The notes under the pieces were generated by a model. It was given only the letters and a program-made list of their open reading frames with translations, ran no database searches and was not told where the DNA came from. Made by a program: the position numbers and the translations under genes. Of a stretch of DNA of 64,000 nt, positions 38,121 through 51,360 are shown in pieces. Position 1 is the stretch's first letter; every line of letters starts with the position of its first letter. The DNA comes from Octopus sinensis (lineage: Eukaryota). The DNA is taken from NCBI RefSeq assembly GCF_006345805.1, contig NC_043009.1, positions 62,372,001 through 62,436,000 of the forward strand, given 5' to 3'.

Positions 38121-38577
38121 GAGTGGATTTATACAGCAAAAACCGCAACACCAATAGGCACAATAACAATAACATCAAACTCTGGTAGCTTCAATTAGGC
38201 TCTGGTGAAATATCCTTGGGATTTTAGTATATAATTCCTAGGGATATCAATATATGCAGTTTCATAGTCCGATGTCTTTGGTAACCTTAGGCTATTGTAT
38301 AGAAGACCACACTAAGGGACATACCCTAGGCAGCACTGCATAATTCAGAAAATGTTTGGGGATCCTGCTATGGGTATTCTATATTCTATATTCAAATTAT
38401 AGTAATTTACTCAAGCCTGAATCGTACCACTCGACGGTATCTTAAGACTGATTCTCAGTTTCTAACAAACACCATGGCCAAGAAAGAAGGAATAAGCGAA
38501 TGCAAACTATATTTATTTTTCCATTAATAAAAGAAAAAAAAAGTAAGGATCAAAACAAAACAAAAAACAAACTTTTA

Positions 38578-38739
38578 GCCATGGCTGTGTGGTTAAGAAG
38601 CTCGATTTGCAAACTACTTGGTTTCAAGTTCGGTCCCACTGTGCAGCACTTTGAGTAAGTATCTTTTAATATAGGCCCGATTCGACCAGTGTCTTGTGAG
38701 TGAATAAGTTAGGTAGAAACAATGTGGAGACCCATCGTG

Positions 38740-38786
<47 letters not shown>

Positions 38787-38862
38787 CGGGAAGCTTATAT
38801 ACACACACTTGACACCTGGTGATTCATTTACATCCCCGTAACTTAGCGGTTCGATAGTGCAT
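38578..38862 (+). mobile_element. SINE family A, diverged and 3'-truncated
   Basis: gccatggctgtgtggttaag...aagttcggtcccactg head, internal TA, catccccgtaacttagcggttcg. Confidence 0.75.
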
Positions 38863-38958
38863 CTTATAGTAGACAGAGCTGTAAGCTAATGACACAATTT
38901 CTTCTTTATCATTCTTCTGTATATATATATATATATATGTGCGTGCGTATATATGGGT

Positions 38959-38989
<31 letters not shown>

Positions 38990-39534
38990 TCTAGTCCCAA
39001 TAGATTAATTCATTATAAATTACGAGAGACAGAGACTGTTTCTTTGGTTGGTTTTAATCTTTTTTACATCTCTTGGTAGTGGGGAGGTGGGGACGGTGGG
39101 GCGCGGAGAATAGTTGTGGTGGTGGTGGTGGTGGCGGCAGCGGCGGTGTGTTTAAGGCAGATGAGAGTCATGGCGCAGGGGGTGAGAGCGTGATGATGGT
39201 GATGATGATGATGATGATGATGATGCTACTGATGAAGGAGATGGTTTGATGGTAGTGCCTGACTGTCTACTTATTGTTTATAGTAGCTATAGATGACGAT
39301 GATGATGATGATGATGATGACGATGACTATGATGAAGTTGATCATGAAAATGACGAGGTGGAGGAAAATAAAGAAGGACAGTGATGGTAGTTGTCTCGTT
39401 AACCAACTTACTATTCTTATTGATGGTGATGGTTACGACAAGAACGGTGATTCGCTTCTATCTCTACTACTAAATTCCTTTACATTGCTGTTGATGGTTC
39501 TTGTTGTTGGTCGTGGTAATAGGGTGACTCGTCG

Positions 39535-39566
<32 letters not shown>

Positions 39567-39659
39567 GATGTTACATTCTAAAAATAATTAACATAATTTA
39601 TGTTATTGTTGCTGTAATTAATATCCCTGTTCATAGTGCTACCACAAAAGCACACTACA

Positions 39660-39744
39660 TATACATGTCGTATGAAGAAAACTCTCTCTCTCTCCCTCTC
39701 TCTGATATATATGTGTATGTATATATATATATATACTATATATA

Positions 39745-39795
<51 letters not shown>

Positions 39796-39952
39796 AGTAT
39801 ATATAGTATATATTCATATACATACATACATACATACATACACCACACACTCTTATATGCATACATACATGCACACTATATAAACATATATGTATGTATA
39901 TGTACATTACATATCGATACATAAGTATATATATATACATATATATGAACAG

Positions 39953-39992
<40 letters not shown>

Positions 39993-40101
39993 CATGTATA
40001 TGTATGTATGTATATATATATGTATGTGTGTGTGTTGTGTGAGTGTATGTGTGCTTGTATGTGTATATATACACACACATACACACACACACACACACAC
40101 A

Positions 40102-40130
<29 letters not shown>
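39660..40130. repeat. Compound (TA)n/(CATA)n/(GA)n/(CA)n microsatellite
   Basis: Direct reading. Confidence 0.9.
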
Positions 40131-40133
<3 letters not shown>

Positions 40134-40559
40134 CTTGTCGGTTGGCTAACTTGACGTATTCTTTATACTCTACGACATTTTTGCTGCCTTTTGTCAGGGT
40201 GAGCTTAGCTCGAGGCGTTTTGGTAGCATCGCACTGAAAAGTTTTCTTTTCAAATTACCATTTGATTGTCCGCCACGCGGCAGAGAAGTCTAAAAATCAT
40301 TCGGAATAATTGTCGTAGTGAAATGGGTTGATTTTCAAATAGATTGGACAGTATTTAGTTGATGAATGTCGTTGTTCGGGTAACTGGTTCCCCGTGAATG
40401 AAACATTGTGTTTCATGACAAAGATGATATGCGTGGGCGACCATTGAAAGTAGGGGGGGGAGAGACGTACATATGAATCAAAATGTGAGAAAGAAATCTT
40501 GAGAATAGAAAAATGCAATTGTAAAAAATAAGTAAAATGTAAAAAAAAACTGTCAAGTA

Positions 40560-40896
40560 TATGTGTGTGTATACATACATCATACATACATACATATGTA
40601 TATGTGTATACATACATGCATACATACATACATACATACATGCATACATACATACATACATATATACATGCATACATGCATACATACATAATGTAAATGT
40701 TTATACATACATGCATACATACATACATACATACATACATAACATACATATATACATGCATACATGCATACATACATAATGTAAATGTGTATACATACAT
40801 GCATACATACATACATACATACATATATACATACATATGTAAATCTGTATACATGCACATATTAAACACACACACACACATACATACATACATACA

Positions 40897-40930
<34 letters not shown>

Positions 40931-40940
40931 CACATACATA
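40560..40940. repeat. (CATA)n array with an 88-bp higher-order duplication
   Basis: The interrupting motif aatgtaaatgt recurs at about 40689 and 40777 with matching flanks. Confidence 0.8.
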
Positions 40941-40942
40941 TA

Positions 40943-41340
40943 GGCGCAGGAGTGGCTGTGTGGTAAGTAGCTTGCTTACCAACCACATGATTCCGGGTTC
41001 AGTCCCACTGCGTGGCACCTTGGACAAGTGTCTTCAACTATAGCCGCGGGCTGACCAAAGCCTTATGAGTGGATTTGGTAGACGGAAACCGAAAGAAACC
41101 CATCGTATATATGTACATATATATATATATATGTGTATACGTGTGTCTGTGTTTGTCCCTCCAACATCGCTTGACATGCTGGTGTGTTTATGTCCCCGTA
41201 ACCTAGTGGTTCGGCAAAAGAGATAGATAGAATAAGCTTCCAAAGAATAAGTCCTGGGGTCGATTTGCTCGATCGACTAAAAGGCGGTGCTCCAGCATGG
41301 CCGCAGTCAAATGACTGAAACAAGTAAAAGAGTAAAAGAA
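40943..41340 (+). mobile_element. tRNA-derived SINE family A, full length (best reference copy)
   Basis: GGCGCAGGAGTGGCTGTGTGG (A box), GGGTTCAGTCCC (B box), CCTTGGACAAG core, internal TA, tail AAGGCGGTGCTCCAGCATGGCCGCAGTCAAATGACTGAAACAAGTAAAAGAGTAAAAG. Confidence 0.92.
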
Positions 41341-41609
41341 TACGTATGTGTATGTGTGTGTATGCACACACATACGCATACGTGGGGTTTTCTTGGCGTA
41401 CAGGTGGGGAAGCTATACGCCAAGAAAACCGGGAAACCGACCCTTAATGAGCCAGACGCGGCACGAGAAGGAACAAACAAAAATATCTTTTATATATTGA
41501 CCTCTACATACAGTTGTTCATGCTTACGTATATACTCAAGCACGTACGTAGTCTCACACGCACATGCGCACACACTTAATATCATATAATATATATATAT
41601 ATATATATA

Positions 41610-41672
<63 letters not shown>

Positions 41673-41769
41673 TATATGTATGCGTGAGTGTTCACGTGTG
41701 TGTGGTGTGTGTCCACTTATAGAATGAATTGATCATAAGATAAATTGCCTATAGTATAAGAACGTGAGT

Positions 41770-41950
41770 GGAGGTGAGTGGCTTAGTGGTTAGGGATGTT
41801 AGACTCGTGATCGTAAGATTGATGTTTCGATTCCTAGACCTGCTGATGTGTTGTGTTCTTGAACAAAACACTTCATTTCACGTTGTTCCATTCAGCTGAC
41901 AAAAAATGGAGTAAATCTTACTACAGAAACCGAGAAACCGGCCCTTATTA
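41770..41950 (+). mobile_element. tRNA-derived SINE family C
   Basis: GGAGGTGAGTGGCTTAGTGGTTAGG...GTTTCGATTCC...GTTCTTGAACAAAACACTTCATTTCACG; homologous to 16440-16667. Confidence 0.8.
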
Positions 41951-42389
41951 ATGTATTTGAATGGGGATGGGTCTTTGTCCATTTTCTTAAAAGAGGACCT
42001 GCCCCCAGATGCTGCGCAGTAGGATTGAACCCATGGCATTGTAACCGAGAAACAAACTTCTTAACCATTCACTCATACTGTCTCGACACGTGAAAAAATA
42101 TATAATTAGTGTTATTTAAAATTAGTTTAATTAAAATAAGACCCCTAGACGTAGTACAGAAATATTATTTTCATTCTACGGATTAAATTATATATTCGTA
42201 ACTTAAATAAATAATTGCTTAATTAAACTTTAATTAAGTACCGCCTGTATAGTATTACAAATATTTCAATTTAACTTCTGTTATTTCTTAACAACAAATA
42301 TAGCTTCAACTTAGATAAGGTCTATAAATACTCACTTGCACAACTGCCTTCTATTAAGTCTAAAACCATCAGAGATTGTCTCGCCTTTA

Positions 42390-42660
42390 CTTGCCAATTT
42401 CCGTGTGATAAACACTTGTAGACAAACTCTTCTTCATCCACATTATTAACATTTTGTGTATACAAAGCATTTTCATAAGTTTGTTTTGAACGTCCATGCT
42501 TGTTTTCGAACTGAAGTTTGTCCTTGTTTCATATTTCGCTTTTGGATTTGGTTTGCAAGATTCTTTATATGAATTCGTGTGTTGAAGCATATTCTGTTGT
42601 GTCTGGGGAGAGTCATTTTCTTTTTGTGCCTTATAATGTAACACACTCACCGGTAAAAGT
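42390..42660 (-). mobile_element. Unclassified dispersed repeat (ACTCTCCCCAGACACAACAGAATATGCTTCAACAC family)
   Basis: Same sequence occurs at 13960-14010, 47778-47918 and 56375-56690. Confidence 0.7.
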
Positions 42661-42839
42661 TGTGCAGAAGTAGATCTGTTCCGTGGCCTTATACTGTAGA
42701 CTGAACCCCCAGTACACGACTGGTGCATATTTTATTAATGCTGGAACTATGACAGTAAAGCCTTAACGAGACTTGAACTCGAGAATTAAAAGTAATTAAA
42801 CAAACACTGTCTATTAGCTGTTCACACAACTCTTTTCTA

Positions 42840-43000
42840 CTCTCGGCACAAGGCACAAAATTGGGGGAGGGGGTAAGTCGGTTAGATTGAACCCAGTACG
42901 TAACTGGTACTAAATTCATCGACCCCCGAAAGGATAAAAGGCAAAGTCGACCTCGCCGGAATTTGAACTCAGAACTTAAAGATTGACGAAATACTGCGTA
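42840..43000 (-). mobile_element. SINE family B, partial
   Basis: cccagtacgtaactggtac...atcgacccccgaaaggataaaaggcaaagtcgacctcg..gaatttgaactcag. Confidence 0.8.
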
Positions 43001-43185
43001 ATATAAAGCTTTCCTTCCATAAGTCCCAGGTTACTCGGGTGGCCGAAAAAAAAACTGGGAACTGTATTATAAATACTGCATACGCGCCAGGGAAATATAT
43101 ACTGTGTATCGCACGTGATATGCAGGACAGACAAAAGGTTTAAAACAGCAGCCTAATCTCCCTCAAATTACATTAACTTCTTTAA

Positions 43186-43745
43186 ACCTTTCCGTGTCTA
43201 AAGCAGTATTATAATTTTGTCCCAAACTTCAATGTTTTCAGACTTTTAGTTAGCCATTGTTTCATGTCTCAAGTTCTGATGGTTGAGAAAAAAATTGGGA
43301 ATGAATATGATTTATGACGCATGTACGCCAGGGAAGTGTCCAGTGTGTCATCTATATATATAAAGCTGAAGTTGTCTATGTATGGCAGGTTTGGTAGCCT
43401 TCAACTAACACTATCTCCTCCGAGACCCTGCGGCGCAAGTTGACCAAAATTGAGAGTATAATAGAAGAAGGCTTGCTCTTCCTTCCGGACCATGTTAAGA
43501 CCAAAAATTATTTACATCAAAAAGGTGCTTTTTTCTATGAAAATCCCTATTTTTTACGATTTTTTGACTGCTGTGTCGCCATTTCTCGGTGTATTTCAAC
43601 AAGAAAAATGTTCACTTAAAGAGAATAACAAGCTACATAATGCAAAGTTTTTACATTTCAAAAATTCCAATTCTAAAGGGTCGAAACAAACCCGAGCAAC
43701 GCCGGGCGATACTGCTAGTATATGACACACAGAACAAGTGAAGGG
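43186..43745. mobile_element. piggyBac-type MITE hosting a Helitron
   Basis: Right end GTGAAGGG|TTAA (43746-43749); removing the Helitron restores the palindrome GTGTGTCATATATGACACAC. The left end TTAA|ACCTTTCC (43182) is degenerate and uncertain. Confidence 0.5.
43351..43718 (+). mobile_element. Non-autonomous Helitron (368 bp)
   Basis: 5' A|TCTATATATATAAAG, subterminal hairpin CCCGAGCAACGCCGGG (43691-43706), 3' CTAG|T; inserted between A and T with no TSD. Confidence 0.9.
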
Positions 43746-43749
43746 TTAA

Positions 43750-44500
43750 TCTGCGAGCGAGTTAAATCAAGTCTCTTAATCAGGGCTACAAATATGTGAT
43801 TATATTTTTCAGTAGCCTTAATATCTGCCAGCTTCTTTTCGTTTAATAAATTAAATTTACGATTGTTAAATTGCATTTTGAAGTTTGTAGACCAATGCAG
43901 CTGAAAACACGCAATATCCATATTTTCGTGAAACAACTTGACCTTTTCAATGACTATTGAACCTGAAATTGACATACCATCGGATCATTTTGCACAAAAC
44001 TACTTAAATAACACTCCATGATAATTCTGAAAGTTTCGATTTTATTTTTTAATGTTTGCCACAAATCAACATCTACCTACATCAGCCATAAATTACATTA
44101 ACTGGTCCCTTTTTGTATGTTAACGTTATAAATATTTAAAGAACCCTTGTTATATTCAACCACGATGACGCTCCCATTCTCACCTCCTTTCAAGCGCTGT
44201 TTTCACCATTTTCTGAAGCAATGTTAGAGTTGCATGTTTGCTTTTCACACCTCTCCCAACGCGGTCGCTCATGCTAACATTGAAAGCCATTTTCGCTAAT
44301 GGATTACTGGATGGATGGACAATATATAAGTAGATAAAGGCAGATACAAAACACTTAAGCCCTGGTCAGAGTCCTTTTCAGTTTGTGTATTAACAACGGC
44401 TGTGTAGCATAGCCAGTTTACGGCACTTCAGAAGAAAAGTGCCGAGTGCCGAACAATCGGAAGTACCGGAATATTACGCACCGGATTAATGGATTGCAAA
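43750..44500 (-). pseudogene. pogo/Tigger (CENP-B-like) transposase 5' fragment
   Basis: KSKHATLTLLQKM (psq HTH-like, about 44200-44240) and SISGSIVIEKVKLFHENM...WSTNFK...NEKKLADIKATEKY..F..LI..LDLTRSQI (CENP-B HTH to just before DDE); pogo-like subterminal TAATCCGG/TTCCGG motifs at 44430-44495. Confidence 0.75.
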
Positions 44501-44687
44501 CAAGGTTGCAAATGTTACATCACAGTTTTGCTCCTCCTACGAAGATGTCCAAACAAAGACTAGGGTTCTCTCGCTCCCTGCTGTTGGGTGGACATTGATT
44601 CTACTGAGATCATCCGTCCTTTGACAGGTTTTGTTTTCCGTTCTGCAGGGTGTCCAACAAAAGCCACCCGCTTTACCAAACATACGT

Positions 44688-44749
<62 letters not shown>

Positions 44750-45197
44750 ACATACGTGTGTGTTGTGTGAGAGGTAGACGAGTGAATCTATATGTGTATT
44801 GGGTAGATACCTGTCCACCGAATGTGTTTCTTTCTATGTCTGTATGTCTGCGTTTACGTGTATATAGGCGTTAGAGTGTATGTTCGAATGTATGCGCGTT
44901 TGTATGTGTACGTATGTTTGTGTGCGCTTGTATATGTGTGTATGTTTGTATACGTGCACATGTTGGTGTGTGTGTGTGTTACATAGTCAGTGGTTAGTAG
45001 TGAAACGTCATCATTACCATCCTCAGCAGCAACAACAGTGACAACAAGAGAAGCAGCGCACCTGGCTGTGTCGCACCAATGTCTTCAATGTCACCTATCA
45101 AGTTTCTATAATTATCAAGTCGGCAGGGGGACAGTTCGTCACACTGGGAACATCTCAACTTACACACTCACAAACATGCATACACACACGCACACAT

Positions 45198-45257
<60 letters not shown>

Positions 45258-45282
45258 CTGTATATATATATATATAAATAAT

Positions 45283-45522
45283 TAAAATTATAATTAAGGT
45301 TATCTAAAAGATACCTCCTTGCTAGAGATAGCAGTCAAAACCTGACTCTAAATCCACATCAAGTATTCATACAACACCAGGAGAAAAGACTTTTGCTTGT
45401 TTATTTGTGTATTTGTCTTTTCTCCTGATGCTGTATGAATACTTGATGTGGTTTTAGAATCAGGTTTTGACTGCTATCGCTAGCATGGTGGTATCATTTA
45501 TATACCCTTAATTATAATTTTA
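45283..45522. repeat. Fold-back inverted repeat (108-bp arms, 24-nt loop)
   Basis: 45283-45390 vs 45415-45522: 10 mismatches and no indels by manual alignment. Confidence 0.92.
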
Positions 45523-45600
45523 ATAATAATTATTACCTATAAGGTTTTTATTCCCATACTGGCCACTTGATATGATCGGTATTTTAAATAACGATCTTAT

Positions 45601-45640
<40 letters not shown>

Positions 45641-45804
45641 TAAAAAAATGTCCAGTTCCTTTGGTTTGTGTCTATGTTTTCGTTTCTCATTGTGTTCGAC
45701 GTCCTTTTGGTGTCCTGTATTCATATATGCGTGTATATGTACATGTAGAGGAAGGTACGTACATATATGTTTATATATATGCATATGTTTTATTTTATTT
45801 ATTA

Positions 45805-45841
<37 letters not shown>

Positions 45842-46439
45842 ATAATATATAATGTGAGGAGACAATGTGCTTGCAAGTTGCCGATATAACAGCATACGTA
45901 CTTTTAATAAAGAAAGATTGGCACAGAAACAGAGTGACCTCTAGTTTAACTACGAGTGTCTACTTGAAGAGCAAACGTAAATGCATGCTTGTTAAGTGTA
46001 GGCCTGTATATTTGCGTATATTTACTTACAACTTTTGATGATGAGAAAACATATTTGTTACGCTTGTATGTGAATTTTTATGTCTTAGTTTCGTTGTTTT
46101 GGGCTGTCCTTCAGTCCAGTAAAGTGGAAAACTTTATGGATTCATGGTTTGTGGAGATTACTTATTCTGATTGTGGTTGCTAAGATAACGCTTAGATATT
46201 GATGTGTAGTTTTAGGAGGTTCTGTGGCATATATATATATATATATAATATATATATATATATATAAACAAAACAAAAAATTGAACAAGAAAGTAGCAGG
46301 TGACAACAAAACATCAGGACAGTTAGACGATACAAAGAAGGACAGGTCATTCATAGCTTCCTATCTTCAGTTGAGTTACAGACCGTCGTTGCAGTTTTGG
46401 CCGGTTACACTCCAGACTGCTCCAATCTGACCGGCCCAA

Positions 46440-46670
46440 GAAGATGTGCTGGACATTGTTGTAGAGCTGAAAACGAGGTAATTTCTACTCTTCTACTCTT
46501 GAAGCCATCTGCTCGCGATACCAGAGGGCGCACACTCTCCTACCCTGATGTAATCTCCAGGGATACAGGTATCCAGCAACAGGACCTCCGTAATGCTATG
46601 ATGGACCGCGAAGTCTGGCATAACATAGTAAATTCCATTGTCTCGACCACGGTCGAACAATGATGATGAT
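46440..46670 (+). mobile_element. RTE-clade LINE 3' end with (TGA)n tail
   Basis: AGHCCRAENEVISTLLL.KPSARDTRGRTLSYPDVISRDTG...AMMDREVWH..VNSIVSTTVEQ* followed by tgatgatgatg. Confidence 0.85.
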
Positions 46671-47055
46671 GTACGTATGAACTAAGAGACAGGCTCTGAT
46701 CACAAAATATGAAGTCCGTCTTACTTCCGGTTCGTGCTTTCTGAGCACCCCTGGAAAAGAAATTTGTTTGCTTTTCTGAATTTCATAATTTATGGCTACG
46801 GGGAGATGACTTGTGAACATCTCTCCTTGACCTTAATTTACGAACATAAAACACGACAAAAAATGTTCTTTCTAGAGAAATCAGAAAACACCAAACGGAA
46901 ATGACGCGAACTTCCTCTTTGTTCTCAAAGTACATCCTTTTGTTGAGGTATGCAGGCTTAAGATGTCAGCGTAAATCTGAGGATAAATGTTTGACTTGTT
47001 TAAGTGTTCTTGAAAATTATAGTAACAACGGATAAACAAGGTTTTATAAGTGCTG

Positions 47056-47106
<51 letters not shown>

Positions 47107-47190
47107 CATAGCACTTGTGTGTGTGTGTTGACTCTTTGTTCCGAGCTCTTCTCTTTGATGTACACAACTTGCCTGGTCTTTTTAATATTT

Positions 47191-47232
<42 letters not shown>

Positions 47233-47242
47233 GCATATATAA

Positions 47243-47278
<36 letters not shown>

Positions 47279-47343
47279 ATATATATATATATATCACATA
47301 TATATGAAATATATATATATGTATATATCTACATGTATTTCTT

Positions 47344-47386
<43 letters not shown>

Positions 47387-47777
47387 ACACACACACATAT
47401 ATATACAAGCTCGCATACACCACCTGACTACACGGTGACCACCACTTCAACTCGACTACTACACCATGGCCATCGTCTCTACCCCCTTCTACTACCACCA
47501 CTTCCGCCACCACCACCACACCGCAGCCACCATGCCACAGTTGCTGCAGTGGATCCTGTCCTTTTGAAATCGCAAACATCAACGTCTGCTCCCTCAACTG
47601 AGGTCTTCCACGGCTTCAATGCGTTACAATTTAGAAGACTGACTCCCAAGTATTTGTTCATCTCAATCAAAGCCAAACATTTCTCTGTGAGTGAAAATTC
47701 AAGGATTATATCCATCTGGAAAGTTCCAATATTCTCTCGCGTTGTTATGGTAACAAAGGAAAACATAAACAAGACAA

Positions 47778-47918
47778 GTCAAGACTATTGAAAAGGTTGC
47801 AAGACGCAACGAAAATTTTAGGAAAATAAATTTAAGGAATAAGTGGAAATTTTACCGGTGAGTGTGTTACATTATGAGACACAAAAAGAAAATGACTCTT
47901 CCCAGGACACAACAGAAT
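47778..47918 (+). mobile_element. Copy of the ACTCTCCCCAGACACAACAG repeat family
   Basis: Matches the reverse complement of the loop plus left arm of the 56375-56622 hairpin. Confidence 0.75.
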
Positions 47919-48135
47919 GAACAAGACATATAATCATAAAGTAAGAAACGCCGGCATCAACGATTTCATCTTGGCCGATGCAGAATCCATAGAACAGTTG
48001 AACAGGGGAGAAATATATGGAGATTGTTGTTGGCAGAGCAAAGTTATGATAAAAGGCTTTCCGGCCATGATCATCACAACTTTTGTATATCTTGTGTAAT
48101 GTGTCCTTATTTGTCAAGAATGTATGTTGTGAGTT

Positions 48136-48370
48136 AAGGCGGAGAGCTGGAAGAAACGTTAGCACGCCAGGCGAAATGCTTAGCGGTATTTCGTCTGTCT
48201 TCACGTTCTGAGTTCAAATTCCGCCAAGGTCGACTTTGCCTTTCATCCTTTCGGTATCGATTAAATAAGTACCAGTTACGCACTGGGGTCGATGTAATCG
48301 ACTTAATTCCTCTGTGTGTCCTTGTTTGTCCCCTCTGTGTTTAGCCCCTTGTGGACAATAAAGAAATAAG
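48136..48370 (+). mobile_element. tRNA-derived SINE family B, full length (best reference copy)
   Basis: AAGGCGGAGAGCTGGAAGAAACGTTAGC head, GAGTTCAAATTCC B box, GCCTTTCATCCTTTCGGTATCGATTAAATAAGTACCAG core, AATAAAGAAATAAG tail. Confidence 0.9.
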
Positions 48371-49287
48371 ATGAGTTTAGTTACTATTTCTAACTGCTCC
48401 TGAGGAACTCTGGGCCGATGTAGGGTCTATATTCAAACTAGAAGTAAATGTACTCTACATTAGATTGTATTGAGCGCTTTCACTGATGTCCTTTTTGGGG
48501 TGGGGTGGGGTGGGGTATTTATGATCATCTTTCCTTTTTTATTAAGAGTATCATGGCTTTGCATGTGTGCATCCGAGTGTTTGTGTGTATTTAGACTTAT
48601 TTGTACACAAAAACAGACGAGCCCAGTGACAACAGCAAATTACAAATCAGGATGTGAAGCACGTGTTCACGTGATTAAAACATTTCCAATGGCCACCACC
48701 CTCTCAGCCCTTTAGCCATGTACTAACGCTTTAGAGTCTCACACACTTAACCCTTCTTCCACCCCACGCCTCACCTCGACTCCCACCCGCTTCCAATGGG
48801 CGGGGAACTAATTTATAATTTAAATTCCCCCCCACCTCCCTGCCTCCCCCTCTTTTCATTTCTGACCCTATCCATTAAGTCCATTCGTGCATTTTAAATA
48901 GGTATCGGGATTATTTCTGCAGATCCCATTCCGCCCTCCAACCCAACCAACCACACTGCTAGCTCCCTAATTTACCACCCACCCCATCACTAACTACTAT
49001 TACTACTACTACCACCACTACCATCATGCCTTACTAACCTTTCCATAATGTAGTAAAGATATTGTATATCAGTTATATTCTATATATTAGTATGATATAA
49101 ACTATCTGTATACGTTACCGAGATATATATATATATATATGTATACATATATATATATTAATAATGCAATGCATATATACATACATATATGTACATACCT
49201 ACATATACATGTATATATACATGCATATATGGGTACAGGACATCAAAAAACGTAGACACAATGAGAAACGAGAACGTACCCATATAT

Positions 49288-49410
49288 GCCACTCACAGGG
49301 CTTTGATCAGCCCGAGACTATAGAAAAAGACACTTGCCCAAGGTTCCACGCAGTGGGACTGAATCCAGAACCATGTGGTTGAGAAGCAAGCTTCTTACCA
49401 TTCAACCACG
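49288..49410 (-). mobile_element. SINE family A head fragment
   Basis: gacacttgcccaaggttccacgcagtgggactgaatccagaaccatgtgg. Confidence 0.75.
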
Positions 49411-50436
49411 ACGATATACTATAACGGTGCATCAACTATAATATTGATTTGCATAAACTACGTATTATATTGGATGTATATAAACTGTATACTGTATTGA
49501 TATACTATAATTTACATACGCGCTATAATTTATTCAATAATGCAAAATTAATTTATGCAGAATGGTGGACTTTGTTTCGGTCTCAGTGATGAGTTATTCG
49601 GTTTGTTCGACCAACTGAATACTTAATTCTGGAATTAATTACTCGTGTAAGCGTCTGCATAATCCGGCGTGGAAGGGTGTGGAAACAAGAGAGTGGGTTA
49701 GTTGTGTATTATAATATCTTCGTTGTAAAGATATGGAGGAAATTCAACCAGAGAGCGGCCACAAATGAACTGAAATTATATTCGCGTCGTAAACATTTAT
49801 ATAAGTGTGAATTTATACAATATGGAGCTTTGTAATGCGTTTTAAATTTATGTTGGCCTTTGCTAGATGCGCGCTCGCTGTGTGTGTATATATATATATA
49901 TATATGGGTGTAAGTATATGTGTGTGTGTAGTTTTTTTAGCCTTCAGTATATATGTATGTGTATGAATGGAAGTAATGTATGGTTGTTTCTATGCTTGTA
50001 TTATATATGCAAATGCTTGTATCTGTGTGTGTGTATGTATATATATAAATATATATATAAAACACATGCATACATGCATGCATACATATGCATATACATA
50101 CTTGTGTGTGTGTGTGTGTGTATGTGTGTGTGTGTGTCTAATCTTACACCGTATGCAGCTCGTAACGTGCAATTTTTGTTGTACTTTAGTATTCATCTGT
50201 GTGTATGTATATAGATGTGTGTGTGTGTGCGTGTATCTTTATTGATCATATTCAGTACATAAGTGTGTGTACACACACACACACTCATCCTATACAGGGA
50301 GAGAGAAAGAAAGATGTGTTATTGGACACCCACATAGTAAAACAGTTACAGTGAACGTCATAACAATGACATTTCTTCTTCTTCTTCTTCTTCTTCTCTT
50401 CTTCTTCTTCTTCTTCTTCTTTCCCTCCTCCTCCTT

Positions 50437-50471
<35 letters not shown>

Positions 50472-50866
50472 GTTACTACGATCGCAACAACAAAACCTGT
50501 GCTGCATTATATAGCTGGTTGCCTGTTTACTCCGCTCGGTAAAGAGGGAAGTGAATTAATAATCGTAGCAGAGCGACCCGGTTTCGATTCGCCGCCGGTT
50601 GTGTCCGACGTCCGTTTTAAATAAAACAGCTTTGGGAAAGGCATGAATGTCACGTGATTCGTTACTATGGTATTAGTGAGAATCCAGAATGTTCAATAGG
50701 AACAAATTTCTCACTGATGGGTCCTTTGATAAACAATCTCCTATTGATGGATATTCGCTTACAACTTCTATTATAGTCTTTTTCTAGACACAATGTGTCG
50801 CTTAACCACAGGCATCTGGATACCCGTTAGAGGGTATGTTACGGGTGGGTGGTTTATCATTTAGAG

Positions 50867-51067
50867 CAGTGGTTTTCAACCAGGGTTCCGCCAGTACAGT
50901 GCAGGGGTTCCGCAAGAAGTTACAAAACTTCTAAAATCGGCAGTAATTTTTAAGTCTCCTGTGCAGATATGTGTGCATAAGACTATTAAATTATTGCACA
51001 GGGGTTCCTCGAGCCAGTGGAATGTTTCCTTGGGGTTCCGCTCCAGTAAAAAGTTTGAAAAGCATTG
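50867..51067. mobile_element. hAT (Charlie-type) MITE, 201 bp, with an 8-bp TSD
   Basis: Ends CAGTGGTTTTCAAC / GTTTGAAAAGCATTG; perfect TSD ATTTAGAG at 50859-50866 and 51068-51075. Confidence 0.88.
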
Positions 51068-51360
51068 ATTTAGAGGGACAGGAAATACACAGAAATTTGA
51101 AGGAAGCCTTCCAGGCGGCGGGAAAGCTTCAAAACAGTGATGGTGTTGTGTAAGGGGAAGAAGGTGGGGGCGGTTTATACTGGTTGGAGGTTGTTGAAAT
51201 AAAACACTACATCTCTGTACATCGTCTCTCCACCCTCCACTCAGCATCTCCTTTCTTATCACTTCCTTTAGAGATTTCTGAACAACTGGATGATGTCGTA
51301 ACGTTATTAGCAATGTTTTTAAGAATCTTACCTGTCCTTCGCATGGTTGTGTGGTTAAGG

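Noticed and set aside
48497-48515. (GGGGT)4 G-quadruplex-capable tract (similar C-rich tracts near 28862 and 60475)
   Set aside because: A simple repeat with no contextual evidence of function.
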